In this document: positions 8,898-16,080 of the stretch, in pieces
Layout of the letters: the number at the start of each line of letters is the position of its first letter
Position numbering within the stretch: the stretch's first letter is position 1
Assembly: GCF_002953135.1 (NCBI RefSeq)
Contig: NZ_CP026373.1
Coordinates: 155,795-179,794, forward strand
DNA length: 24,000 nucleotides
DNA from: Sphingobium sp. SCG-1
GTDB lineage: Bacteria; Pseudomonadota; Alphaproteobacteria; Sphingomonadales; Sphingomonadaceae
Direction: 5' to 3'
Translations under genes and position numbers: made by a program
Notes under the pieces: generated by a model
Told to the model about the DNA's origin: nothing
Seen by the model: the letters and a program-made list of their open reading frames with translations, nothing else
The model's database searches: none

Positions 8898-8925
8898 GTG
8901 TGACTCCTCGTCAAATCTCTAATTA

Positions 8926-8954
8926 AATGTAGCTCAACTGAGCAACAATTACAA
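8926..8954 (-). promoter_or_regulatory. candidate sigma-70 promoter of dinJ-yafQ with an operator palindrome in the spacer
   Basis: On the minus strand: TTGTAA (8954-8949), a 17-nt spacer, then TACATT (8931-8926). The spacer contains GCTCA-AC-TGAGC (8932-8943). Confidence 0.45.
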
Positions 8955-8974
8955 GCAGGCAGCGGCCGGGTGCG

Positions 8975-9973
8975 CTACAGAAACTGCGCCCCGGCATGAT
9001 CGTCGAACAGTTCGGCGCTGCGGACATATTCCGAGAGCACCTGCACCGACTTGTGGCGGCTGACGTCCTGCATCTTGAAGATGCTCGCCCGGTTGGCAGC
9101 CGCCTCGGTGAGGAATCCGGCGCGCAGCGAGTGGCCCGCATAGTGCGCCGGGTCGTAGCCGGCGGCGGCGGCGCAGCGCTGGACCAGGCGCGCGATGGCG
9201 CGGTCCGACATGCGATCGTCGGTGAGCTCATCGCGGCGAGAGAGCCGCCGGAAGAGGGGTCCCTCGGCATGGCCGGCCGCCGCCATCCAGGCTAGGAGCA
9301 ACGCCTTGGGACGAATCCGCTTGCCCTCCGGAATGGCGACGATAACGCCCTCGCGGGTCTGGTCGGTCTTCGACTTGGCGATCATCAACTCGATGCCTTT
9401 GTCGACGAGCCCGACGTCGGGCACATCGAACGCAACGAGTTCGGACCGGCGCAGCGCGGCCGACATGCCGATCGCGAGGAGCGCGCGGTCGCGCACCGCG
9501 CGCAGGCCATCGCCTTGGATCGTCTCGAGCATATGGCGTAGCGCGGCAGCGTCGGCGGCGCGCTTGCGGACCTTGGGCTTGCCGTGGGTCGCGCGGATGC
9601 CGGCGAGCACCTCGAGCAGCCGGCCGGAGCCGGGCACGGTGTTCGGCGGCGCATGACCGGCTTGGCGGTGATAATAGGCGATCGCCGAGATCCGCTTGCC
9701 GATGGTACGAGGGTTGGTGCCGGCATCGGCATCGGCGCTGGCGAACACCGCGACCGCATCGGGGCTCGCGGGCATTGCCTGGATGCCGTGCTGCTGACAC
9801 CAGGCGGTGAAGATCTTCCAGTCGGCCTCATAGGCGCGCCGGGTCGATGACGCCCGCGAGGCTTTGGCGTAGTCGGCGGCGCGCGCGATCTGCGCGTGGA
9901 GGATGTCGGGCAGCGCGGGCTGCTCGGCCACCACCGGCAACAGCCGCGACGGGTCCATGTCATCACTCATCAC
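8975..9973 (-). CDS. Cre-like tyrosine recombinase / site-specific integrase
   Basis: The N-domain (STRRAYEADWKIFTAWCQQHGIQAMPASPDAVAVF..TIGKRISAIAYYH) and the catalytic domain (ALRRSEL.., GHSLRAGFLTEAA.., SRHKSVQVLSEYVR) follow the Cre/P1-type layout, with the R..HxxR..H..Y residues present. The start is GTG 9973 or ATG 9970. Confidence 0.9.
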   Translation of the reverse strand: MMSDDMDPSRLLPVVAEQPALPDILHAQIARAADYAKASRASSTRRAYEADWKIFTAWCQQHGIQAMPASPDAVAVFASADADAGTNPRTIGKRISAIAYYHRQAGHAPPNTVPGSGRLLEVLAGIRATHGKPKVRKRAADAAALRHMLETIQGDGLRAVRDRALLAIGMSAALRRSELVAFDVPDVGLVDKGIELMIAKSKTDQTREGVIVAIPEGKRIRPKALLLAWMAAAGHAEGPLFRRLSRRDELTDDRMSDRAIARLVQRCAAAAGYDPAHYAGHSLRAGFLTEAAANRASIFKMQDVSRHKSVQVLSEYVRSAELFDDHAGAQFL

Positions 9974-10010
9974 GCGATCCTAACGCACCCCCTTCCGCGC
10001 ATCAATCTAC

Positions 10011-10036
10011 TGTCCGAGAATCACACTTCTCGGACA
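10011..10036. repeat. perfect 10-6-10 palindrome, candidate recombinase core site or operator
   Basis: TGTCCGAGAA (10011-10020), spacer TCACAC, then TTCTCGGACA (10027-10036). It sits 38 nt upstream of the recombinase start, at the point where G+C drops. Confidence 0.6.
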
Positions 10037-10192
10037 CAAGTTGCGATATCAGGAGTGTTAACGAACTCATTTTCAGGCGAGCAGAACCGTTTACGAAGCA
10101 TCCGAACCCCCCAGTCGGAACCAGCTGGTTGGACAACACCGATCGGTTCAGCTGGCGCAGTCGCCTGGCAGCCATAGCATCGCGCGAATCGG

Positions 10193-11080
10193 CTAGTGTG
10201 CAGAGTGTTTCCGGGCGACGACATTCAGTTCCTCGTTCTCGATGAAGTTCAGCATTTGCGGCACCATTTTCGGAAACGTTCTGTGCGGAGTGGCCGAACT
10301 GCAGTACGTGACGCTTTTGCCTGCGGCGCATCCCTTGAAGGATCGGCACCCGGACACCAGAGAATGATCTGGGATTGGCGTGCACCTGGCGCAGTTTGCC
10401 CACCAGGCGGCGGTCCCGCTCCCAAAGTCGGGGAACAGCTCGTCGGCAGGGTTGTGGATGATCAAAACAGCCGGGATGCCGGGACATTTGGCACCTTGAA
10501 GATCGTCTTCTGCAATTCCAGCGGCGGTCGCGACAACCGCACGCACTGGCAATTGCTTAGTTGCAAATATGGGAATGCCTTCAGCCATGGACCCACCGTC
10601 GGAATGACCGAGATAAGCGATCGCTCTTTGGTCGACACAATATCCTTGTTCTATCGTTGACGCCACAGCCGATTGGAGTTCGAGCGCGCGGCGCGAAAGA
10701 CTAACATGATCACTATAGGCCACGATGTTGCCGCGCCGGGTTGCCTCCGTGGTGAGATTGTAGAATGATTCTGATCGATGCCTGTCAAAGCCTGCCGGAG
10801 CAAATATGACGAGCAGTGGATAGGCCGTGGTGGCGTTATAATTATGTGGCGTTCGAACCCAGATCCGCAGCCCCGAGCTCGTCCTCAGCTCGTCGCCTAA
10901 ATCGATGTGTCCGCGACGACTTCCAGTAGCGCACGCCTCATTCAATCCAACAGCACGTGGCGCATCAGCCGTTGGCTGAATGGCGGGTTGGTACAGAAAT
11001 TGCGCAAGAATGCCGACTGCAATCGCCCCGGCAATCGCCGCAAAGCCGAGCTTTCCTCCAACCCGCGATACTTCATTCAC
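10193..11080 (-). CDS. membrane-anchored alpha/beta-hydrolase, PHB-depolymerase/LpqC-like esterase family
   Basis: There is an N-terminal hydrophobic anchor (FAAIAGAIAVGILAQFL). The core pattern is PLLVIFAPAG.., with nucleophile elbow GHSDGG and later IIHNPADELFP. The family call is from general pattern only. Confidence 0.6.
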   Translation of the reverse strand: MNEVSRVGGKLGFAAIAGAIAVGILAQFLYQPAIQPTADAPRAVGLNEACATGSRRGHIDLGDELRTSSGLRIWVRTPHNYNATTAYPLLVIFAPAGFDRHRSESFYNLTTEATRRGNIVAYSDHVSLSRRALELQSAVASTIEQGYCVDQRAIAYLGHSDGGSMAEGIPIFATKQLPVRAVVATAAGIAEDDLQGAKCPGIPAVLIIHNPADELFPDFGSGTAAWWANCARCTPIPDHSLVSGCRSFKGCAAGKSVTYCSSATPHRTFPKMVPQMLNFIENEELNVVARKHSAH

Positions 11081-11471
11081 TGTTTGAACTCGGTCATTTT
11101 AGCTTTCACACCTTGCGATTAATCCCGCCTCGGCCGATAATGCTGTACCTGGTCAGCCGCCCTTCGACGTCTGCATGCCCGGTTATAGATCCGACCAATC
11201 TGTAGAAAGTATGTAAAGAAGTACGGCGCGCTGCGTTCTAGAGCGCGCGACACCGGTGCCAACTTGTGGTTAGCTTAACGTCCAACCGCGAGAAGCTTTA
11301 TTATCATCCAAACAGATTATTGTGGAACGTCCTCGACGCTCGCAGAATATTCGCTTGGTCTGACAACTGCTCCATGAATGGGTGCGCTTCACCAATGTGC
11401 ATCAAGAAGTACAACAGTAGCTTGTGTTCCCGAGTTCAGAGTTGCGGGCTTTGAAACAGCGACACTTATTT

Positions 11472-12419
11472 CTAACGGTTGTCGACGCGTGGAAGCATCC
11501 TCGCCTCCGTTATCGCGAATAGATGCGATATCGATCGCTGAAGTTCGTAACGCGTGGCCTTGAGGTCGGCGAAGCGCGCAGGTATCTCGATGTTACCGGC
11601 CTCGACAGGGTCCAAGCCGCTCGCTACCGCCGTCTCGATCGCTGTCTGCAGCCAGGCGAGCCAGTCCTTGGTCTGGTCGATTGCAGTGGAAGCGGTTGGG
11701 TCGAAAGGGCCATGACCGGGCACAACGGAACGGTGCCCAAGCGACTTGAGCGTATCGAGCGTCGCTTGCCATCGACTCAGGTCCGCGTTGGGCGTGCTAG
11801 GCGCGCGATCGTGAAAGACAAGGTCGCCCGCGATGAGCGTTGAAGTCGTTTCGTCGAAATAAGCAACATCTGCCGCGCTGTGGCCGTTTAACGGAAGAAT
11901 GCGAATGCGACGATCACCAAAGTCCTCCACATCGGATGAGATGATATGGCCTGGTAAAACCAGTTCTGTGCCGCGCATCCAGTCACCGAGGATACGATAC
12001 ATTCCATCGGAATAGACCCTGCCCTCACTCGTAAGGTCGCTATTTAGTTCGGGCGTGGCCGCCACGAGCGACTTGTCGAATGCGCCATCACCGTAGCTAT
12101 GGTCAGGATGCAGATGGGTAAGAAAAACCCGAATGATTGGCATGCCCGTCAATCGTTCAGCCAGAGCCTTGAGCGCCGTGCCATAGCGTAGGGACGGCCC
12201 GCAATCGAACAGGACGGTGCCTTTGGGAGTCGCCAGAATAGTGATATTTGCGATTGCCCCGCCATTGGAACGAGCTATCGGCTCGTCCGCGCCGCGGACT
12301 ATCCAGAGCCCGTCACCGATTGAAACTGGCGTGATCGTATATTGAAGCGACTGTGCCCATGCCGCGCCGGCCACCGGCAAAGCCACCGTGGCGACCAATA
12401 GATCGCGCCGACTGATCAC
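11472..12419 (-). CDS. MBL-fold zinc hydrolase, quinoprotein relay system metallohydrolase type
   Basis: A Tat-like signal is present (ISRRDLLVATVALPVAGAAWA), with the H-x-H-x-D-H motif (THLHPDHSYG) and a later GHGP. The GTG start overlaps the stop of the upstream SoxYZ-like gene (GTGA at 12416-12419). Confidence 0.8.
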   Translation of the reverse strand: MISRRDLLVATVALPVAGAAWAQSLQYTITPVSIGDGLWIVRGADEPIARSNGGAIANITILATPKGTVLFDCGPSLRYGTALKALAERLTGMPIIRVFLTHLHPDHSYGDGAFDKSLVAATPELNSDLTSEGRVYSDGMYRILGDWMRGTELVLPGHIISSDVEDFGDRRIRILPLNGHSAADVAYFDETTSTLIAGDLVFHDRAPSTPNADLSRWQATLDTLKSLGHRSVVPGHGPFDPTASTAIDQTKDWLAWLQTAIETAVASGLDPVEAGNIEIPARFADLKATRYELQRSISHLFAITEARMLPRVDNR

Positions 12420-13234
12420 TTCAAGGCAGAGGCCAAGCCAACCGGACGATCCATAATAGCCAGCGTCGCATCATAGTCGATCCCATTGGTGTCGCGACCG
12501 GTGACCAGAAGCTTCGCGCTTTTGGAAGGAGCGACAATTACCGTAATCACTGGATCTTCGGCAACGGATGCCTCTATAGCGAGGCTCCCGAATATCTTTC
12601 CATCCGCGTCGGTCAGCGCCAAACTTTCGAGATGGTAAGTCGGAATATTCGCGACAAAACCGGTATCCATCGGATGACGCATGGCGAGACGAACGCGATC
12701 GCCGCCCTCGGTGTGCCAAGCACCGCCGCGGATTTCGCCAAGATGCTGTGACCAATCGCCCCGTGCACGGCTCAGCGGTGGCATCGAACATCCGCCACCC
12801 GCTGCATCCACCCACGCACCACTTACGAGCCAGGAACCATCCTTCAGTTGCACTGCGCCACGTACCGGGGTTCGCTGATCCAGTTTGATGTTGGTCGCGA
12901 GATAGGGCGCGGCGTCGGCCAGGACATAGTCGATGGCCAGCGGTATCGGATTGAGATCTGCAAAAATGAGGATGCGCTTAACGCCACTAATTGTTCGCGC
13001 GTCCACAGCTACAGGGAAGCTGCGCTGGTTCTCGGCGATCTGCGGCATGATCACGCGTACGCGCGGGTCGAAGCGAACGTCGCTGTCTCCGAAAAAGGTT
13101 TCACCTAGCGCCTTCCAGACAGGCGACTGGAGCGGATCGGCTGGAACTTCTGCGACAGCGGGACTGCTGCAGATGAACAGCGCAATAGCCGCCACGCCCA
13201 GACGCTTGGTCGGGTTGCTGTGATTCTTTCCCAT
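12416..13234 (-). CDS. quinoprotein dehydrogenase-associated SoxYZ-like carrier (SoxY-like plus SoxZ-like fusion)
   Basis: A signal peptide follows ATG 13234 (MGKNHSNPTKRLGVAAIALFICSSPAVA). The SoxY-like half ends in the carrier-type motif AAGGGCS, and the SoxZ-like half follows (RVRLAMRHPMDTGF..HLESLALTD). The track start 13264 is less likely. Confidence 0.8.
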   Translation of the reverse strand: MGKNHSNPTKRLGVAAIALFICSSPAVAEVPADPLQSPVWKALGETFFGDSDVRFDPRVRVIMPQIAENQRSFPVAVDARTISGVKRILIFADLNPIPLAIDYVLADAAPYLATNIKLDQRTPVRGAVQLKDGSWLVSGAWVDAAGGGCSMPPLSRARGDWSQHLGEIRGGAWHTEGGDRVRLAMRHPMDTGFVANIPTYHLESLALTDADGKIFGSLAIEASVAEDPVITVIVAPSKSAKLLVTGRDTNGIDYDATLAIMDRPVGLASALK

Positions 13235-13304
13235 AGCTCCAAAGTAGAATGGTCCAGCCGGCATTCCAATGGTACTTTAGGCTGATGCGGCGGAAAGGTA
13301 ATTG

Positions 13305-13841
13305 ATGCTAACTCTTGTCTTGGGCGCGGCCGTTGCAGTGGCAGGGATGCCCCTCACGGACGGTCGAGACTTCGATGCTGTTTCCGGTTATCGGATCGCG
13401 CATTATCGGTCAGTGGTCCCTTTCCCGCCCGAAGGGGTACGAAAGATCGAGGTCCAGGAGGCGCTCGAACTGCTTCGTCGGCAAGGCGCGTTGTTCGTAG
13501 ATGTAACGCCGGCGCAGGGAGGCCGTCGTGACGCGCTGACAGGCCATTGGGCCCTGGCTGAGACACATGAAACGATTCCAGGAGCCCGCTGGTTTCCGGA
13601 CGCCGGGCGGGGACAGTTGGAGCCAGTTGCCGAAGCATGGTTTCTCGGCGGCATGGCTCGCCTGTTACGAGGCTCCGTTCGGCCGATTGTTGTGTTTTGC
13701 CTTGCCGATTGCTGGATGAGTTGGAACGCCTCAATGCGACTGCGACGGGCCGGATACCGAGATGTGCGCTGGTTCGCCGACGGGGTGGACGGTTGGCGAG
13801 AAAAGGGCCTGATGCTCGTAAATAGATATCCGGAAAATTAA
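13305..13841 (+). CDS. rhodanese-like, PQQ-dependent catabolism-associated CXXCW-motif protein family
   Basis: The C-terminal string VVFCLADCWMSWNASMRLRRAGYRDVRWFADGVDGWREKGL matches my memory of this family's Cys-..-Cys-Trp-Met-Ser region. GGAAAGG lies 6 nt upstream of ATG 13305. The gene is divergent from the SoxYZ-like gene. Confidence 0.72.
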   Translation: MLTLVLGAAVAVAGMPLTDGRDFDAVSGYRIAHYRSVVPFPPEGVRKIEVQEALELLRRQGALFVDVTPAQGGRRDALTGHWALAETHETIPGARWFPDAGRGQLEPVAEAWFLGGMARLLRGSVRPIVVFCLADCWMSWNASMRLRRAGYRDVRWFADGVDGWREKGLMLVNRYPEN

Positions 13842-13980
13842 TTCCTCTGGTCGACTCCACAGTCTGCAAGGCCGCAACCGCCAAACAATTTATCTCCAGC
13901 TTCGGGTGGTCTCATAGAAGCCACACCCGATCTCGTCCCCCTAAACCCCTAGCCAGACGTACTGAAGCGGTGCGCAGCCT

Positions 13981-14010
13981 TGGCACATTAGACTAAAGTG
14001 CCATCGACAG
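13981..14010 (+). promoter_or_regulatory. conserved box A (shared with 22914-22943), includes dyad TGGCAC-N11-GTGCCA
   Basis: GCACA-TTAGAC-TAAA-GTG-C-CATCGACAG here aligns with GCACA-TA-TTAGAC-CTTA-GTG-T-CATCGACAG upstream of the CoA-transferase gene. That is 24 of 28 aligned positions identical with one 2-nt indel. Confidence 0.45.
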
Positions 14011-14093
14011 TCGATTGGTAAGACGCCATCCAATATCCTCGCGCAGTATTTTAAGCCGCCAGCGTAGCTGACGGAAACAGGGAGAGGGGCTCG

Positions 14094-14234
14094 ATGGCCT
14101 TCAGTCAGTTCCAGTCACCACCCAATGTTGCGGACGTGTTTTTACTCATCTCCGGTGGGCGGATTTTGGGACGTTACGACCAGCTAAGCCATTGTTCTAA
14201 AATCCAAAACTCGCGCGACGAGCTTGGGCCGTGA
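14094..14234 (+). CDS. possible 46-aa leader ORF upstream of the monooxygenase operon
   Basis: ATG 14094 is preceded by GGGAGAGGGG (14080-14089). The translation is MAFSQFQSPPNVADVFLLISGGRILGRYDQLSHCSKIQNSRDELGP*. No homology recognised. Confidence 0.2.
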   Translation: MAFSQFQSPPNVADVFLLISGGRILGRYDQLSHCSKIQNSRDELGP

Positions 14235-14314
14235 TGTCTCACGGCAGTCAACCGGACTGCATCGGGTAATTAGGTCTAAGCAGCCGACCGTAAAAAGATG
14301 GAAGGAGTAGAGTG

Positions 14315-15106
14315 ATGGCAACAGTTGCAAATGCGACTCCGCTTGGGAGACCAAGCGATGATCGGAAGATTGTGAATTTTAAGATCCCCGCAATAGCCAC
14401 GGTAGGCCTTTTGGCGATCATGGTTTTCTACAGAACCTTTCAAAGGATGTTCGCCTGGACTGCGGGGCTCGATTCCACGGATCCGGTTTTCGACACTTAC
14501 TGGATGGGTCTACTCAAAGCTGAACTGGTATTAATTCCATTGCTCTGGGTTGGCGTGTGGTCTTACATTTGGTTCACGCGAGACAAAAACCTGTATTCAA
14601 TTACGCCTCGAGAGGAACTTCGCAGGTACTTTAATCTGGTTTTGTTCATTTTCGTTTACGCAGTTGCTGTCTGGTTTGCAGCGAGCTTTTTCGCGGAGCA
14701 AGATGCATCTTGGCACCAGACTGTCGTTCGCGACACCAGCTTCACACCGAGCCATGTGGTGCTCTTCTACGGCACCATGCCTTTGTACGTGACGTTCGGC
14801 GTCGGCTCTTTGCTTTACGCAACGACCCGTCTGCCAAAATATGCAGACAATATTTCGATTCCGCTGGTTCTAGCGGTGGCTGGTCCATTCATGATTCTCC
14901 CGAACCTGGGCTTCAATGAATGGGGCCACGCCTTCTGGATGATGGAAGAGGTGTTCACGGCGCCGCTGCACTGGGGCTTCGTTGTCATGGGCTGGACAGT
15001 CTTGGCTCTAGGTGGTCTGCTGCTGCAGATCGCGCAGCATATGATCACCCTTCTCAGGCAGATGGGCGAACTTGCCGAAAGCGAGGGTGAGGTCATCGCG
15101 GGCTAG
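14315..15106 (+). CDS. pmoC: copper membrane monooxygenase subunit C (PmoC/AmoC family)
   Basis: EQDASWHQTVVRDTSFTPSH gives D-x3-H-x12-H. NEWGHAFWMMEEVFTAPLHW gives N-x3-H-x13-H. There are multiple TM helices, and a GGAAGGAG SD lies upstream of ATG 14315 (a GTG at 14312 is also possible). Confidence 0.93.
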   Translation: MATVANATPLGRPSDDRKIVNFKIPAIATVGLLAIMVFYRTFQRMFAWTAGLDSTDPVFDTYWMGLLKAELVLIPLLWVGVWSYIWFTRDKNLYSITPREELRRYFNLVLFIFVYAVAVWFAASFFAEQDASWHQTVVRDTSFTPSHVVLFYGTMPLYVTFGVGSLLYATTRLPKYADNISIPLVLAVAGPFMILPNLGFNEWGHAFWMMEEVFTAPLHWGFVVMGWTVLALGGLLLQIAQHMITLLRQMGELAESEGEVIAG

Positions 15107-15114
15107 TTCAGGAT

Positions 15115-15149
15115 TATTGCGCGAGATCGGCTCGGTGTCGGTTTCGCGC
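15115..15149 (+). other. intercistronic stem-loop between subunit C and A genes
   Basis: TTGCGCGA (15115-15122) and TCGCGCAA (15142-15149) are exact complements with a 19-nt loop. An A-rich tract follows and there is no U-tract. Confidence 0.4.
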
Positions 15150-15221
15150 AAAACGAAAAACAACGGTTACAGGGGGCGCGCATGCGCTTGGCATTTCGTC
15201 GCCGGAAGCATGGAGAGTAAG

Positions 15222-16076
15222 ATGAGAGACAATCCAGGACAAACAATTTATGGAATAAAGTGGTCGAAGGAAGGGGCAAAGCTATCGCGGACCTTCGACA
15301 TCATCGTCGCGGTGATCCTGTTGCTGGCGGTCGCCGGCGCGACTCATCTTCACTTCATGCTACTTGCGGGCGATTGGGACTTTTGGGTCGATTGGAAAGA
15401 CCGGGAATTCTGGGTGACGTTGACGCCGATTGTGGCGATCATGTTTCCAGCGGCCTTGCAGTATATGTTCTGGAAATATTTTCGTCTCCCGATTGCCGCA
15501 ACGCTGGCAATTGTGGGCCTGATGATCGGCGAGTGGCTCAACCGCTATTACGGCTTCCATCTGTGGTCCTATTTCCCAATGAGCATGGTGTGGCCCGCAA
15601 TGCTACTGCCGAGCGCACTAGCTCTGGATGCCATTCTCTTGCTCACCGGCAATTTCCTGTTGACTGCGATATTCGGCGGAATGGCGTTTTCTCTGCTGTT
15701 CTACCCTTCGAACTGGTTCATGTTGGCCCCATACAGATTGCCCGTGCAGATCATGGATTATCTTGCATCTGTGGGTGACGTGATGGGTTACTCGTTCACG
15801 CGAACGGCAACTCCAGAATATCTTCGGATGATCGAACGCGGCACGTTAAGGACATTCGGTGGACACTCCGCGACGGTGTCGGCCTTTTTTAGCGGCTTTG
15901 TATGCATATTAACATATATGGTCTGGTGGGGCTTTGGCGTCCTTTTCTCGCGCGTGATCACCGTCCCGAATACGTTCAAGAAGCTCCTTGGCCTGGTTCC
16001 AAAGGCAGCCGGAACGTCGACGCAGCAAGGGGGCAAGGATACTAAGCTTACAACAAGCACCGTGGGGGGGGTTTGA
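15222..16076 (+). CDS. pmoA: copper membrane monooxygenase subunit A (PmoA/AmoA family)
   Basis: Hallmark strings are HLHFMLLAGDWDFWVDWKDREFWVT, IGEWLNRYYGF, LLFYPSNW and TPEYLRMIERGTLRTFGGH. ATG 15222 has GGAG 6 nt upstream (ATG 15210 is also possible). The track ORF start 15072 overlaps subunit C and is not family-like. Confidence 0.93.
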   Translation: MRDNPGQTIYGIKWSKEGAKLSRTFDIIVAVILLLAVAGATHLHFMLLAGDWDFWVDWKDREFWVTLTPIVAIMFPAALQYMFWKYFRLPIAATLAIVGLMIGEWLNRYYGFHLWSYFPMSMVWPAMLLPSALALDAILLLTGNFLLTAIFGGMAFSLLFYPSNWFMLAPYRLPVQIMDYLASVGDVMGYSFTRTATPEYLRMIERGTLRTFGGHSATVSAFFSGFVCILTYMVWWGFGVLFSRVITVPNTFKKLLGLVPKAAGTSTQQGGKDTKLTTSTVGGV

Positions 16077-16080
16077 GAAC

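Noticed and set aside
8996-9966. ORFs 8996..9295, 9195..9656, 9228..9800, 9385..9966 and 9584..9850 inside the recombinase gene.
   Set aside because: Same reason: low-complexity Arg/Pro/Ala translations overlapping a gene with clear tyrosine-recombinase motifs in another frame.
10119-10130. The perfect 12-bp palindrome AACCAGCTGGTT between the recombinase and esterase genes, partly resembling the IS21 hairpin arm AACCAGCGCGAA.
   Set aside because: It is a single copy, short and built around CAGCTG. Similarity to the IS arm is only 7 nt, which is not enough to call a functional site.
11081-11471. A 390-bp AT-richer spacer containing ORF 11266..11454 and a GCGCGCT / AGCGCGC hairpin (~11227-11249). 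Considered as a small gene, a tRNA fragment or an att site.
   Set aside because: The ORF translation is Cys/Ser/Asn-rich with no SD. I could find no cloverleaf-like structure or repeat partner, so it is most simply a promoter/terminator spacer between the esterase and MBL genes.
13981-13997. TGGCAC at 13981-13986 as the -24 element of a sigma-54 promoter for the monooxygenase operon.
   Set aside because: The expected TTGC-type -12 element is absent at the required spacing (the sequence there is ACTA). The TGGCAC is better explained as half of the TGGCAC-N11-GTGCCA dyad.
15072-15221. The 5' extension of the subunit A ORF (track start 15072), overlapping the end of subunit C.
   Set aside because: The extension translates to a basic, non-family-like peptide. 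The family alignment starts just after ATG 15222, which has a properly spaced GGAG.
15988-16080. The 5' extension of the subunit B ORF (track start 15988), overlapping the end of subunit A.
   Set aside because: The signal peptide and family similarity begin at ATG 16081, and the extension is out-of-frame read-through of the A gene tail.
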